DNA of 64,000 bases from an uncultured Candidatus Binatia bacterium (GCA_965242525.1 OZ251459.1:800001-864000); one strand, 5' to 3'. Shown: positions 12,492 through 22,499, counted from the first letter of the stretch. Notes: a model not told the origin generated them from the letters alone. Made by a program: numbers and translations.

Positions 12492-12860
12492 ATGGGGGAA
12501 CGACAGCCGCGTTACAGCAAAGAGGAGTTCGCCCGGCGCGGTCAGGCGATCTACGAGAAGCGCGTGAGGGCACGGGTGGAAGAAGGCAACCGCGGCAAGA
12601 TCGTGGCGATTGACGTGGAGACCGGGGAGTTCGAGGTGGGGGAGGACACGCTTACCGCCTGCGACCAACTCCTTGCGCGGTGTCCGGATGCACAGCCGTG
12701 GTTGGTCCGCATCGGGCGCCGTGCTGTACATCGGTTCGGGCACTCTCATGCCGGCAGCGCCGATAGGGAAGGGGTCAATCGCCGGCCGCTCGCGGTTGTT
12801 TGTGCTTACTCCAGATTTCCTCGATCTGCTCGTGCTCTAAGACCTTCTGGACTACCTTGA
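12492..12860 (+). CDS. Small DUF5678-like protein, 3' end probably rearranged
   Basis: AGGAGG RBS; YSKEEFARRGQAIYE, GKIVAIDVETGEFEV, WLVRIG...VHRFG; tail runs into the convergent gene. Confidence 0.7.
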   Translation: MGERQPRYSKEEFARRGQAIYEKRVRARVEEGNRGKIVAIDVETGEFEVGEDTLTACDQLLARCPDAQPWLVRIGRRAVHRFGHSHAGSADREGVNRRPLAVVCAYSRFPRSARALRPSGLP

Positions 12861-13849
12861 TTGCCTTCTGGGAGTACCGTTTGTGCACTGTTTTGCCAAT
12901 TTTGATTTCCTTGTAGTAGTCAGGTTGAGAGCGAAGTTTTATATGGTCAATCACGGCAAGAACTTTTGGCATCGTCAGACCAACATGGTCGGCAAGTTGC
13001 TTAGCCCCAAGGTTATAGTAGTCGAGTTCATTTACACGTTTCACGGCAACCACGGGAGCGCCTGGAGTCCCTTCCTCAACAACTTGGATCGGCATACCTT
13101 TCTTTTTTTTCGAATCGGAGGGAAAGTTTGGGAGCAACTCCATCAGTGGTGATTTCGACCGCGGCCACGCCAGAAAATATATCACTCCAAGCTTTTCCAG
13201 TCATGAGATTCTCACCCAGCCGTCTGAGCTCTCGGTCACTAGGCTGACTATTTTCCCCACGAATGGCGCTGTCTAGGATTGCGAGAGGGCGCAATCTGGC
13301 TAAGGCTTCAATTTGACGCCGTCGGCCCGGGCTTAACAGTTTCTTAACCTCAACAAGCTCGGATTCAAAGAGGGTTATGAGATCGGTCGGAGGTGACGTT
13401 GAAACCGGAAGTATGCGTGAGGGTAGGTGGCTGGCAAGCTCTTGATCGAAGACGCTCTTCAAGAGGTCTCGGAACAGCGTCACCCCCGATTGGATATGGA
13501 CATAGAGTTGTCCCTCGGAGATGTCCAACAGGTAGTGTTGGGCGGCATCTCGAAGACAACGGATCGTCTGAAGTACAAGGGCTTGCGAGTCGGATAGGTA
13601 CTTGATCTTACCGTCGGTTAAAGACCGTCGTACGCAAACGTTGAAAACAATGGTTTCTTTGGCTCGCTTATCGCGGATCCTACCGCCCCGTTGTAGAATT
13701 GCAGCCTTCATCAGCATCTCGAAGCCATGATCGAGTTGGATAAGTGTGCTGCTGACCCGTCCCTGGTCGTGTGGTCGGTTGAAGAGCTCGATCGACAAGA
13801 CAAGAGCATCGCATGCTTTCGCAAGAAGGAGTTTTACTTCTCGTTTCAT
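12775..13849 (-). pseudogene. DUF3644-like protein split by a +1 frameshift near 13099-13110
   Basis: SIELFNRP...FEMLMKA N-terminus and RDAAQH HEPN-like motif; protein-like sequence continues in the 12775..13185 frame (GMPIQVVEEG...) after an A8-G-A3 run. Confidence 0.75.
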
Positions 13850-14005
13850 ATGTGCACCCTCAGATATTTCCTTATTTTTACGGAGGCAAAGTTTGCAAGG
13901 TACTGATTTGCCCCATCTTTAACCGGACACCATTGATGGAACAACAAGTCATCAACAAGTCTTCGCCATCATCTAACCTTCAAAATGAGGAGGTATTTTG
14001 AGGTG

Positions 14006-14770
14006 TCATGCGGCAAGTTCCTCACGTGACTCATCCCGGGCTGACCATGGAATCGGATGCACGTCATAATTGCGCATGGCTGCGAGCACGTTTTCCGAAA
14101 TCGGGTTTTCCGTGTCGTTGAGGAGCGCATAGGCGCGGCAGTCCGGCGGACGCACCTCTTTCGTGTCAACCCATGAAAAGGCAAGCGCCTGTGCGGTATC
14201 GCGGCTTGGGCGGTTGATGGTCCGTAGAACCCGCTCCGGCTGGATCCTTGACTTGGGTATGACGAAGTCGAATCGATGATCGTAACCGCTCTTGCCGGAA
14301 AACTTGACGTTCGGCGCATATCGAATATCGGCAAGGTCCAGCCACGACACCACGTCTTCATAGAACAGGCTGGCGACGACGGGTGAAGCCAGGTAGAACA
14401 GGTCGCTGACGGCGAGCATCGCCTGTACCAGGTTGTGTTTGCGCAACGCAAAGTTGTCGGACGAAGCTCGAATTTCGAGGGTTTTTTCCCTCATCTGTAC
14501 GCCGAAACCGTTGAGGGTCGTTTTCAGCAGCTCGCGCCTCTTCCCGCCGTCGATCTTGCAGCCTGATTGCTCCATGTCGTTGACGATGTAGCCGTCGTCG
14601 GTCAATACGAATCCTCCATTGGAGCGTTTGGCGTAGATCTGGAGGCAATCGTTATGATGATCCAGGTACGGAGTGGTGATCTCGGTCCAGTCGCCGACCT
14701 CGCGGAGACTCGTTCGATCCCGCAGCCAGGCCCAATACCGATCCAGCAGGGATTGAATTTCGTCAGTCAT
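14006..14770 (-). CDS. DUF1828/DUF1829-like protein
   Basis: [52 protein letters not shown]. Confidence 0.85.
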   Translation of the reverse strand: MTDEIQSLLDRYWAWLRDRTSLREVGDWTEITTPYLDHHNDCLQIYAKRSNGGFVLTDDGYIVNDMEQSGCKIDGGKRRELLKTTLNGFGVQMREKTLEIRASSDNFALRKHNLVQAMLAVSDLFYLASPVVASLFYEDVVSWLDLADIRYAPNVKFSGKSGYDHRFDFVIPKSRIQPERVLRTINRPSRDTAQALAFSWVDTKEVRPPDCRAYALLNDTENPISENVLAAMRNYDVHPIPWSARDESREELAA

Positions 14771-15000
14771 GTGAAGAGACCTCGTCGAATCACGGGCGGT
14801 TCCACGACGTGACAATACCGCATGAAGTCCTGGAGGGTTTGCCACGCGTCATGCAGGTTTGGAAAATCATCGTCGGGCACCGGGAGCGCCCATCTATCGC
14901 CAAACCCCTCACGGTAAAGGTGCAGGTGGGGTGACCGGATTTTTTCGCCGTCGGGGTTGCGGTGCGACACCCGGCCGAAGTCCAGCCGGGCAAGCACCAC
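14767..15000 (-). pseudogene. C-terminal half of a DUF6978-like protein
   Basis: LARLDFG..HRNPDGE...[15 protein letters not shown]; 5' half replaced by repeat DNA; ATGA overlap with the next gene. Confidence 0.75.
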
Positions 15001-15017
15001 GATCTGCCGTCCCTGCC

Positions 15018-15241
15018 ATCATTCCCGCAGACGCCCACCCCCGTCATTCCCGCGAAAGCGGGAATCCAGCATCATCGCTCTCGTTGTACCAACCTCTCCA
15101 GTTTTCCATGCCCCTTCCGCTTCCTGATCGCCTTTTCTCTACGGACAGCGCTTCCATGGATTCAGGAACCTCGTGCCAAACCAACCGGTGCCTGGATTCC
15201 CGCCCCCGCTTCAGCGAGGACATGCTTTCGCGGGAATGACA
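15018..15241. repeat. Family B composite palindromic repeat (dRS3-like)
   Basis: GTCATTCCCGCGAAAGCGGGAATCCAG and inverted CTGGATTCCCGC...TTTCGCGGGAATGAC. Confidence 0.85.
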
Positions 15242-15272
15242 GGGCAAGTGTCCGCAACGCCTGCCTCCCGGC

Positions 15273-17132
15273 TTACTGTCTGCCTGCACCACGGCCGGAA
15301 GTTTCCTGTAGTTCTGCTCCCGGAATGCGGATTCGGCCGGAAACGAGCTCAGGCAGCAGGGTATCTCGCAGGGCGGCCAGAGTGCAGGACTCGCGTTGGT
15401 TTGCCTCTATTCGATCCAGAAACGGCCCGCATACCCTTCCGAAAGCGTCCCTTATTTTGCCAGAGGGCAGAGTGATCTCGGTTGCGCTCACAACCTGGGG
15501 CCGGACCGCGGGATACGCAGTCCCATCGGCCACATGGGCCAAGCGCCTGATGTTCTCAGGCGCCGTGGCGTAACCCCAAACCAGCGCTCGATCCCTCGGC
15601 AGGATCGGGCGTAGAACGGCGAAGCCCGTGCTTCCCGTCAGGCCATCCCTGCCGATGAAGGCATAAGACCCGTTTCCAGGTCGGACCGTCCCCAAGATCG
15701 TGTCCCCGGTTCTCAATACACGTTTCGCCCGGCTCGGGGCGTCTTGCCATTCATGGGTTTCGTACTTCTCTATGGTCCCCCATTTCGTGTTCGACAGATC
15801 GACGTAAACGATGGTTTCAGGGGCGTTTCGTGCGGTCCACGCTTCCGGATTCAGCAAAGCAACTGTACTGAGTGTCATCTCTTCCCATCCCTCCGGCATC
15901 ATCCTCCCCGACTCCGACGCCGCGAAGCTATCCGGGAACAGCGCCGCAATCTCCGGTTCCATCCGGTCCAGATACGCCCGAGCGCGCTCGGCTGTCCAGT
16001 CGCCCCCCTTGGGAAGGGGTAGTGGCGTCTGGTTTTCCCCCACCGGCTCAACTGCGGGCCGGCGCCCTTGTCTCGTTGACTCCCCCTCAAGGGATGAGTG
16101 ATCGGAGGGCGCAGCTTTTGTTGCTGGGGTGGAGTTTCCCCGAGGAGGGATCGGATCGGCGGCGTGACGTTTCAGGGCGGCCTTGGCTTGGACGGGATCG
16201 AAATCGACGAACCATGACTGGAACAGCGCCCGCGCCATGGATTCCAGTGTCTCGTTCATGCGCCGGTTCAACTCGATCTTGTCGTCCAGCGCGCCCAGGA
16301 TATGGGCGATGGCGCGCTGTTCGGGGAGAGGCGGAATCGTGACCACAAGATGGTCCAGGGCCTTGGTAGGTACTCTCTGGCGTCCAGATGTGCCGGTCAT
16401 CTGACCGATAGCGTAGTGGCGGACCTCTTCCCATTGTGTCAAATAGTAGGCAAACTCGTGGTCGGTAACGTCCGGGCGTCCTCGGATGACGATGAACTCC
16501 GTTGAGCCATGTGCAGGGTCCGTTGGATCAGGATCGCAGTAGCGGGCGATCTTGCCGTTCTCCAAGCAAGGTGTGATCCGGGCCATGAGGGTGTCGCCAC
16601 TCCGAAAGCGTGTCCCGCCGCCTGAGTAAACGCGTCGTTCCAGTGCATATGCAGACCGGGAACTTGCGTTGACGGTGGCCATGTCAACGAATGGATAGGC
16701 TTTCCCGCGTTCGAGACGGACCGGAGGATTGATCTGTACCGCGTCGCTAAACCGTATCATGGGCCACTCACTCGCGGCATCCCGCTTTTCCTTCTCTATC
16801 AACACCACATACCCCCGCTCGATCTCCGGATGAAAGCCCTTCGGCAGGCGTGCCCAGTCGTGGGCTTCCACCAGAAAGGGGATGTTGGACTCGCGCAGGG
16901 CTTCCCGGAAATCTGCCACCTGTCCGATTGGAATCTTTTGCAGGTCGGGGCTGCGCAAGACCAGGTCCAGGTCGCTTCCGTCATGGCTTTGGCCGTTCAC
17001 GCGGCTGCCGTAGGCCCATGCTTCGATGCCGGGCAGGTGTTCCCGCAGCAGGGCTACCAGCATTTCCCGATGCCGGGGCAATAGGTGCAGCCTGTCGGCT
17101 GGCAGGACCGGGTTGGTGTGCGGCTTACTCAT
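15273..17132 (-). CDS. hsdS: Type I R-M specificity subunit with N-terminal minimal nucleotidyltransferase domain
   Basis: N-terminal AYGSRVNG...SDLDLV; ARITPCLENGK, PPLPEQRAIAHILGALDDKIELN, second TRD, LRDTLLPELVSG. Confidence 0.92.
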   Translation of the reverse strand: MSKPHTNPVLPADRLHLLPRHREMLVALLREHLPGIEAWAYGSRVNGQSHDGSDLDLVLRSPDLQKIPIGQVADFREALRESNIPFLVEAHDWARLPKGFHPEIERGYVVLIEKEKRDAASEWPMIRFSDAVQINPPVRLERGKAYPFVDMATVNASSRSAYALERRVYSGGGTRFRSGDTLMARITPCLENGKIARYCDPDPTDPAHGSTEFIVIRGRPDVTDHEFAYYLTQWEEVRHYAIGQMTGTSGRQRVPTKALDHLVVTIPPLPEQRAIAHILGALDDKIELNRRMNETLESMARALFQSWFVDFDPVQAKAALKRHAADPIPPRGNSTPATKAAPSDHSSLEGESTRQGRRPAVEPVGENQTPLPLPKGGDWTAERARAYLDRMEPEIAALFPDSFAASESGRMMPEGWEEMTLSTVALLNPEAWTARNAPETIVYVDLSNTKWGTIEKYETHEWQDAPSRAKRVLRTGDTILGTVRPGNGSYAFIGRDGLTGSTGFAVLRPILPRDRALVWGYATAPENIRRLAHVADGTAYPAVRPQVVSATEITLPSGKIRDAFGRVCGPFLDRIEANQRESCTLAALRDTLLPELVSGRIRIPGAELQETSGRGAGRQ

Positions 17133-17258
17133 GGTCCGCTTCCTCGAGCGGGGCGGCAGATTTCGTAGGCGATCCCCTCTGCTTCGCCCCTTTCAAGGGG
17201 CTTGAAGGCGGCTTCCAGCGTGTCAATGCAGCGCCTCAGAGTCGGTGTCGATGGTCAT
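17129..17258 (-). pseudogene. Remnant of an HI0074-type HEPN (nucleotidyltransferase substrate-binding) gene
   Basis: With one frameshift it reads MTIDTD/LRRCIDTLEAAFKPLERGEAEGIAYEICR, then jumps to a stop overlapping the MNT-hsdS start (ATGA). Confidence 0.65.
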
Positions 17259-17371
17259 GGCCGGCGTCAGGGCGTCGGTATACGGCTCATGTGCAACTAA
17301 CGATTCCTCGAAGCCCGACATGTCTCCTCTCCAATCGACGATACCGGACAACGGGAACCAGTGGATGGCTG

Positions 17372-17593
17372 TTACGGACCGGTCGGTTTGCCCTGTTTCT
17401 GCTGTTCCTTCTCCCACTGCTCAGCCGCTTGGGGGGTGGTACGATAGCCAACTTGCTTGATGTGTCCCTTCTCCCAGCCTTTCTTGCTCCGATGTTCCGC
17501 TTCGCGGCGATCAATGTCGTTGGTGATGCCCGCTTGGACAATCTTGTTGCCCAACTTGAAGTAATACTTGTACATGATCCTGTCGGTCGCCAT
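17372..17593 (-). CDS. Minimal GIY-YIG-like protein (73 aa)
   Basis: YKY...IVQAGITNDIDRREAEH...AEQWE pattern; GGAGG RBS. Confidence 0.7.
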   Translation of the reverse strand: MATDRIMYKYYFKLGNKIVQAGITNDIDRREAEHRSKKGWEKGHIKQVGYRTTPQAAEQWEKEQQKQGKPTGP

Positions 17594-17604
17594 GCGACAC
17601 CTCC

Positions 17605-18081
17605 TTACTCAAGTTCTTTGCTCAAGGAATAACAACACCGTGCGAATCTGTCAAAGTCCAGTTCAGCACGGGTTGGCCGTGGATCAGTCTTTTGTTTTCG
17701 CGGTCTTCCTCGTATCGTGATCGTTCCTCTGTGGAACCCGTGGTCCGGGTCGTGCGGGACTATTTCCACAGCATGGATGATGGAATTACATGCCTGTCGA
17801 AACAGGAGGTTTTTTGCCTGCCCTGGATATGCCGGCCAGTATCGTCCACATCTTTCGTCGTTGATGAGGGCGGGTTTGAGGTCGAGAAACTGGCGTGTGG
17901 CGGTAGCGATCAAGATCAGTAGTCGGTTTACTTCCGTTTCATGGTTGATTTTCGATAGCTCTTTGAACTGTTCATCAGCGGCTACCTTTTCGTCAGCCAG
18001 TAACAAGACGATCAGTTGATACAGATCCCGGCGATAGGACAAGACGTTGACGAGTGTTTGCTCGTCATTGTGAACCGGCAT
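17605..18081 (-). CDS. Hypothetical protein with HEPN-like R...H motif
   Basis: Lower-GC ORF directly after hsdM; FRQACNSIIHA. Confidence 0.7.
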   Translation of the reverse strand: MPVHNDEQTLVNVLSYRRDLYQLIVLLLADEKVAADEQFKELSKINHETEVNRLLILIATATRQFLDLKPALINDERCGRYWPAYPGQAKNLLFRQACNSIIHAVEIVPHDPDHGFHRGTITIRGRPRKQKTDPRPTRAELDFDRFARCCYSLSKELE

Positions 18082-18091
18082 GGTGGTCCCT

Positions 18092-19669
18092 CTATCGTTG
18101 GCCGCCGAATCCGAGACGCTCCAGGTTCTCGGCGATGGCGGCGTCGAGCCGCGCGCCTTCGGGCTGCTGGGTGCGCAGGTCAACGGCCAGCCGCTTCATC
18201 TTTTCCTCGAACGGTTCGCCGTCGTCCTGCTGCGCTTCCGCGTCCACGTAGCGGCCCGGGGTGAGCACGTGGCCGTACCTGCGGACGTCCTCCAGGGAAG
18301 CGCTTTTGCAGAAGCCGGGGACGTCGGCGTAAGGGGGGATGTCGGCAGCCCCGCTGCGCCAGGCGTGGTAGGTGGCGGCGATGTGGGTGATGTCGTCGTC
18401 CGTCAGTTCCCGGTGGGTGCTATCGACCATGCGGCCGAGCTTGCGGGCGTCGATGAACAGGATTTCGCCCCGGCGGTCGCGGAACCGGCCGTTGCCGCGG
18501 TCCCGGGCCAGGAACCACAGGCAGGCAGGGATCTGGGTCGAGTAGAAGAGTTGGCCGGGTAGGTCGATCACGCAGTCCACCAAGTCGGCTTCGACCAGGT
18601 TCTTGCGGATCTCGCCTCCGCCGGGCTGTCCGGCCGACAGGGATCCCTTGGCGAGCACGAAGCCGGCCGTGCCCGCGGGCGCCAAGTGGTGGACCATGTG
18701 TTGCATCCAGGCGAAGTTGGCGTTGCCTATGGGAGGCGCGCCGTAACGCCAGCGCTTGTCGTCGGTGAGGCGCTCGCCGCCCCATTCCGAGACGTTGAAG
18801 GGCGGGTTGGCGAGGATGAAGTCGGCCTTGAGGTCGGGGTGGCGGTCGTCGTGGAAGCTGTCGCCGTGGGCGATCTGTCCCTCGATGCCGCGGATGGCGA
18901 GGTTCATCTTGGCTAGCCGCCAAGTCGTATAGTTGGACTCCTGGCCGTAGATGGAGATGTCGCTGTGTGTGCGGCCCCCGTTGCCGTTGCCGCTGGCGTG
19001 GGCGCGGATGAACTCCACCGACTGCACGAACATGCCGGACGAGCCGCAGCACGGGTCATAGACCCGGCCCCGGTAGGGCTCCAGCATCTCCACCAGCAGC
19101 TTGACCACGCAGCGCGGTGTGTAGAACTCGCCGGCCCTCTTGCCTTCGGCGCTGGCGAACTGGGACAGGAAATACTCGTACACGCGCCCGAGCACGTCCC
19201 TGGACCGGGCCTCCTGGTCGCCCACCCGGATGTTGCTGATGAGGTCGATCAACTGGCCGAGCCGCTGCTTGTCGAGGGCGGGCCGGGCGTAGTCCTTGGG
19301 CAGCACGTCCTTGAGAGCGGGATTGTCGCGCTCGATGCCGCTCATGGCCCGGTCCACGAGCTGGCCGACCGCGGCCTGCCGGGCCTGCGCCTTGAGTCGG
19401 GTCCAGCGCGCCTCGGGCGGCACCCAGAATATGTTCTCGGCGCGGTACTCGTCCGGGTCCTCCGGGTCGGCGCCCCCTGCCTTTTCGCCCACCAGGCGCG
19501 CGTGCATCTCCTCGAAGGCGTCGGAGATGTATTTCAGGAAGACCAGGCCGAGGACCACGTGCTTGTATTCCGCGGCGTCCATGTTGCCGCGCAAGGTGTC
19601 GGCCATGAGCCACAGCTCGGCCTCGTAGCCGGTGGTGGCGCCCTGGGTCGTGGTGTGCGTTTCCGCCAT
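18092..19669 (-). CDS. hsdM: Type I R-M methyltransferase subunit M
   Basis: [30 protein letters not shown]. Confidence 0.97.
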   Translation of the reverse strand: MAETHTTTQGATTGYEAELWLMADTLRGNMDAAEYKHVVLGLVFLKYISDAFEEMHARLVGEKAGGADPEDPDEYRAENIFWVPPEARWTRLKAQARQAAVGQLVDRAMSGIERDNPALKDVLPKDYARPALDKQRLGQLIDLISNIRVGDQEARSRDVLGRVYEYFLSQFASAEGKRAGEFYTPRCVVKLLVEMLEPYRGRVYDPCCGSSGMFVQSVEFIRAHASGNGNGGRTHSDISIYGQESNYTTWRLAKMNLAIRGIEGQIAHGDSFHDDRHPDLKADFILANPPFNVSEWGGERLTDDKRWRYGAPPIGNANFAWMQHMVHHLAPAGTAGFVLAKGSLSAGQPGGGEIRKNLVEADLVDCVIDLPGQLFYSTQIPACLWFLARDRGNGRFRDRRGEILFIDARKLGRMVDSTHRELTDDDITHIAATYHAWRSGAADIPPYADVPGFCKSASLEDVRRYGHVLTPGRYVDAEAQQDDGEPFEEKMKRLAVDLRTQQPEGARLDAAIAENLERLGFGGQR

Positions 19670-19771
19670 GGACAGTCCTTTCGCGTTCCGGGCCTTGCGG
19701 CAGCGGAGAAGAGGCTTCGAGTCGTCGGGCCTGCTCGCCGCATAGGGCAGGTGCTTCGTAATATAGACTAC

Positions 19772-19832
19772 GGGAGACTCTGTTCAAGGGCGCGTCCTTC
19801 GACTTCGCTTCGCTACGCTCAGGACGAACGGG
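19772..19832. repeat. Family A repeat
   Basis: CGTCCTTCGACTTCGCTTCGCTACGCTCAGGACGAACGG. Confidence 0.85.
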
Positions 19833-19878
19833 GATGGACTCCCGCACGTCGCGCTGGCGCGTCGCGCCGAATGGGGAT

Positions 19879-19960
19879 GGATTCCCGCTTTCGCGGGAAT
19901 GACGGAGTGGGCTTTTGCGGGAATGAGGGGGAATGACGGCGTGGGGTCTTGCGGGAATAA
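19879..19960. repeat. Family B repeat (inverted) with tandem half-sites
   Basis: GGATTCCCGCTTTCGCGGGAATGAC followed by three GGGAATRA half-sites. Confidence 0.8.
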
Positions 19961-19974
19961 GAGGGTGGACCTCC

Positions 19975-20031
19975 GCCCTTGCTGGTGCGGATTGCCCTTG
20001 CTGGTGCGGATTGAGCGTGCCGGTGCGGATT
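19975..20031. repeat. 19-bp tandem repeat, 3 copies
   Basis: GCCCTTGCTGGTGCGGATT twice plus GAGCGTGCCGGTGCGGATT. Confidence 0.9.
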
Positions 20032-20040
20032 GGGCGCGCA

Positions 20041-20069
20041 TTGAAAACCTTCGGTGGATCGGATAGTTT
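20041..20069 (+). promoter_or_regulatory. Putative sigma70 promoter of the coaBC operon
   Basis: TTGAAA-N17-TAGTTT. Confidence 0.5.
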
Positions 20070-20170
20070 CCGTGGCGTTCCGTCCACTAGGAGTCGGAGA
20101 GCGTTCGTGGTGAAGCTGACGTGGTGGAACAACGCCGTCGTTCCGTCCATGATGAGTCGGGGAGCGTTCT

Positions 20171-21379
20171 GTGGAGAAGCCGAAGGTCGTTCTGGGGGTC
20201 GCCGGGGGAATCGCCTGCTACAAGGCGCTGGAGGTCGTGAGGCTCCTGGTGCAGGAGCCTTGCTCCGTCCGGGTGGTGATGACCAGGGCGGCTGCGGAGT
20301 TCGTCACGCCCCTGAGCTTCCAGACCCTTTCGGGGGAGCCCGTGGCCACCGACCTCTTCAGCCTGACCCAGGAGTCCGAGATCGGCCACATCCACCTGGC
20401 GGACAGCGCCGACCTGCTGGTGGTGGCGCCGGCCACCGCCAACGTGGTGGCCAAGCTCGCCGCGGGCATTGCCGACGACGTCCTCACCACCGTGGCGCTG
20501 GCCACCCGGGCGCCCTTGCTGGTGGCGCCCTCCATGAACGTGCACATGCTGGCCCATCCCATGGTGCAGGCGAACCTGGAGAAGCTCCGGAGCGTCGGCT
20601 GCCACGTCATGGAGGCCGGGGCCGGCTACTTGGCGTGCGGCTACGAAGGCAAGGGCCGTCTCCCGGAGCCCGCGGCCATCGTCGAGGAGGTGCGCCGGCT
20701 GCTCCGGCCCGGGGACCTGGCCGGCGAGCGGGTCGTGGTCACCGCGGGCCCCAGCCGGGAGCCGTTGGACCCGGTGCGCTTCTTCTCCAACCGCTCCTCG
20801 GGGAAGATGGGTTACGCCCTGGCGCGGGCGGCCGCCCGGCGCGGCGCCCAGGTGGCGCTGGTGAGCGGCCCCACGGCGCTGGCGCCTCCCGCGGGCGTCC
20901 GCACGGTGCCGGTGGTGACGGCCGACGAGATGCGCGAGGCGGTGCTGGCGGAGTTCGACGCGGCCACCGCGGTCTTCATGGCCGCGGCGGTGGCGGACTA
21001 TCGTCCGCGTTCCGCGTCGAAGCACAAGATGAAGCGGGGCGGCGAAGCCATCCGCGTGGAGTTCGTCCCCAACCCCGACATCCTGGCGGAACTGGGAGCG
21101 CGGAAACGGGGCCAAGTGGTGGTGGGGTTCGCCGCGGAGACCGAGGCGCTGGTGGAGAACGCCCGCTCGAAGCTCCACCGGAAGAACCTCGACCTGCTGG
21201 TGGCCAACGACGTCACCCGGGAAGACAGCGGCTTCGACGTGGACACCAACGCGGTGACGCTGCTGGACCGGGACGGGACCGCGACCCCCTTGCCTCTCAT
21301 GAGCAAGGACGCCCTGGCCGACCGGCTCTGCGACTGGTTCGTCGAGTACCGGGGCGACGCCCGGCGCCGCGAGGCCTGA
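20171..21379 (+). CDS. coaBC: Phosphopantothenoylcysteine decarboxylase / phosphopantothenate-cysteine ligase
   Basis: GGIACYK, APATAN, PSMN, LACGYEGKGR, DPVRFFSNRSSGKMG, GFAAET. Confidence 0.97.
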   Translation: MEKPKVVLGVAGGIACYKALEVVRLLVQEPCSVRVVMTRAAAEFVTPLSFQTLSGEPVATDLFSLTQESEIGHIHLADSADLLVVAPATANVVAKLAAGIADDVLTTVALATRAPLLVAPSMNVHMLAHPMVQANLEKLRSVGCHVMEAGAGYLACGYEGKGRLPEPAAIVEEVRRLLRPGDLAGERVVVTAGPSREPLDPVRFFSNRSSGKMGYALARAAARRGAQVALVSGPTALAPPAGVRTVPVVTADEMREAVLAEFDAATAVFMAAAVADYRPRSASKHKMKRGGEAIRVEFVPNPDILAELGARKRGQVVVGFAAETEALVENARSKLHRKNLDLLVANDVTREDSGFDVDTNAVTLLDRDGTATPLPLMSKDALADRLCDWFVEYRGDARRREA

Positions 21380-21564
21380 CGCGGCCGCGGTCCTGGCGCC
21401 CTGACGAGGCGCGGCGTCCGGGATGCGGGCAGGATGCCCGCGCTCCCAGGGAACCCTGGGTCCCTGGCGAGGCGCGGCAGTCCGCAAGGGGTCGTGGCAG
21501 CGCCAGGGGCGGGTGCTTCCGTGCTCTTGGCCAGACGTTGCCATGCCGCCGGTATTGTCGTAAA

Positions 21565-21673
21565 GGAAACTCTGGGCAACGATCCTCCGTTCGTCCTGAG
21601 CGTAGCGAAGCGAAGTCGAAGGACGCGCTTTCCCGGGGGAGAGGGACTCGAGGCGGAATGGACCGGACGTTCC
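21565..21673. mobile_element. MITE-like element, family A (inverted core)
   Basis: GGAAACTCTGGGCAA left end, conserved core, right end CCGGACGTTCC. Confidence 0.7.
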
Positions 21674-21731
21674 TGAACGAGGATCATCGGAACGGGGATC
21701 ATCGGAATCGAAGTTCGATGGCGTTACCGGC

Positions 21732-22499
21732 ATGAACACGCTACGGCAGCAGTTGGCGGTTGCGGCCGCGTCACTGAGAAGTTGCCTGGAGCAGCAGCAG
21801 GCCGCGGGGATCCACGTGCTGCCACCGGGCAGCCGCACCGGGGGCGCCGGGGCGCTGGCCCCGGAGTCCGGGGCGCCGGCCCCGGACTCCACGGCGCCGG
21901 CCCTGGAGTCCGCGGCTCCGAGGGATGAGACCCGCGCCGCGGCGAGCCTTTCGGAGCTTCGGGACGTGCTCGGCGACTGCCGCCGCTGCAAGCTGTGGCA
22001 GGGGCGCAGCCGCATCGTTTACGGCGTGGGCAACGCGGACGCCGACGTCCTGTTCGTGGGAGAGGGGCCGGGCAGGGACGAGGACTTGCAGGGGGAGCCT
22101 TTCGTGGGACGCGCCGGACAGTTGCTCACCGACATCATCACCAAGGGAATGAAGCTGCGGCGCGAGGACGTCTATATCGCCAACGTGGTCAAGTGCCGTC
22201 CGCCGCAGAACCGCGACCCGGAGCCCGACGAGGTGGCGTCGTGCGAGCCTTTCCTGGTGCGGCAGATCGAGTTGGTGAAGCCGCGGGTGGTCATCGCGTT
22301 GGGGAGGTTCGCGGTGCAGACCCTGCTGCGCTCCGCGGAGCCGGTCTCCCGGCTGCGCGGAAAATGGCACGACTACCGCGGCATCCGGCTGATGCCCACC
22401 TACCATCCGGCTTACCTGCTGCGGAACCCCGGGGACAAGCGGCTCGTCTGGGAAGACATCAAGAGCGTCCTGCGGGAGATGGGGACGGCGGTTACGTAA
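21732..22499 (+). CDS. Uracil-DNA glycosylase, family 4
   Basis: [36 protein letters not shown]. Confidence 0.95.
   Translation: MNTLRQQLAVAAASLRSCLEQQQAAGIHVLPPGSRTGGAGALAPESGAPAPDSTAPALESAAPRDETRAAASLSELRDVLGDCRRCKLWQGRSRIVYGVGNADADVLFVGEGPGRDEDLQGEPFVGRAGQLLTDIITKGMKLRREDVYIANVVKCRPPQNRDPEPDEVASCEPFLVRQIELVKPRVVIALGRFAVQTLLRSAEPVSRLRGKWHDYRGIRLMPTYHPAYLLRNPGDKRLVWEDIKSVLREMGTAVT

Noticed and set aside
13099-13110. Programmed -1 frameshift at an A-AAA-AAG motif
   Set aside because: The heptamer is not in the required phase, and joining the two ORFs needs +1, not -1
21680-21710. GGATCATCGGAA direct repeat upstream of udg
   Set aside because: Only two short copies next to a MITE end; no support for a function
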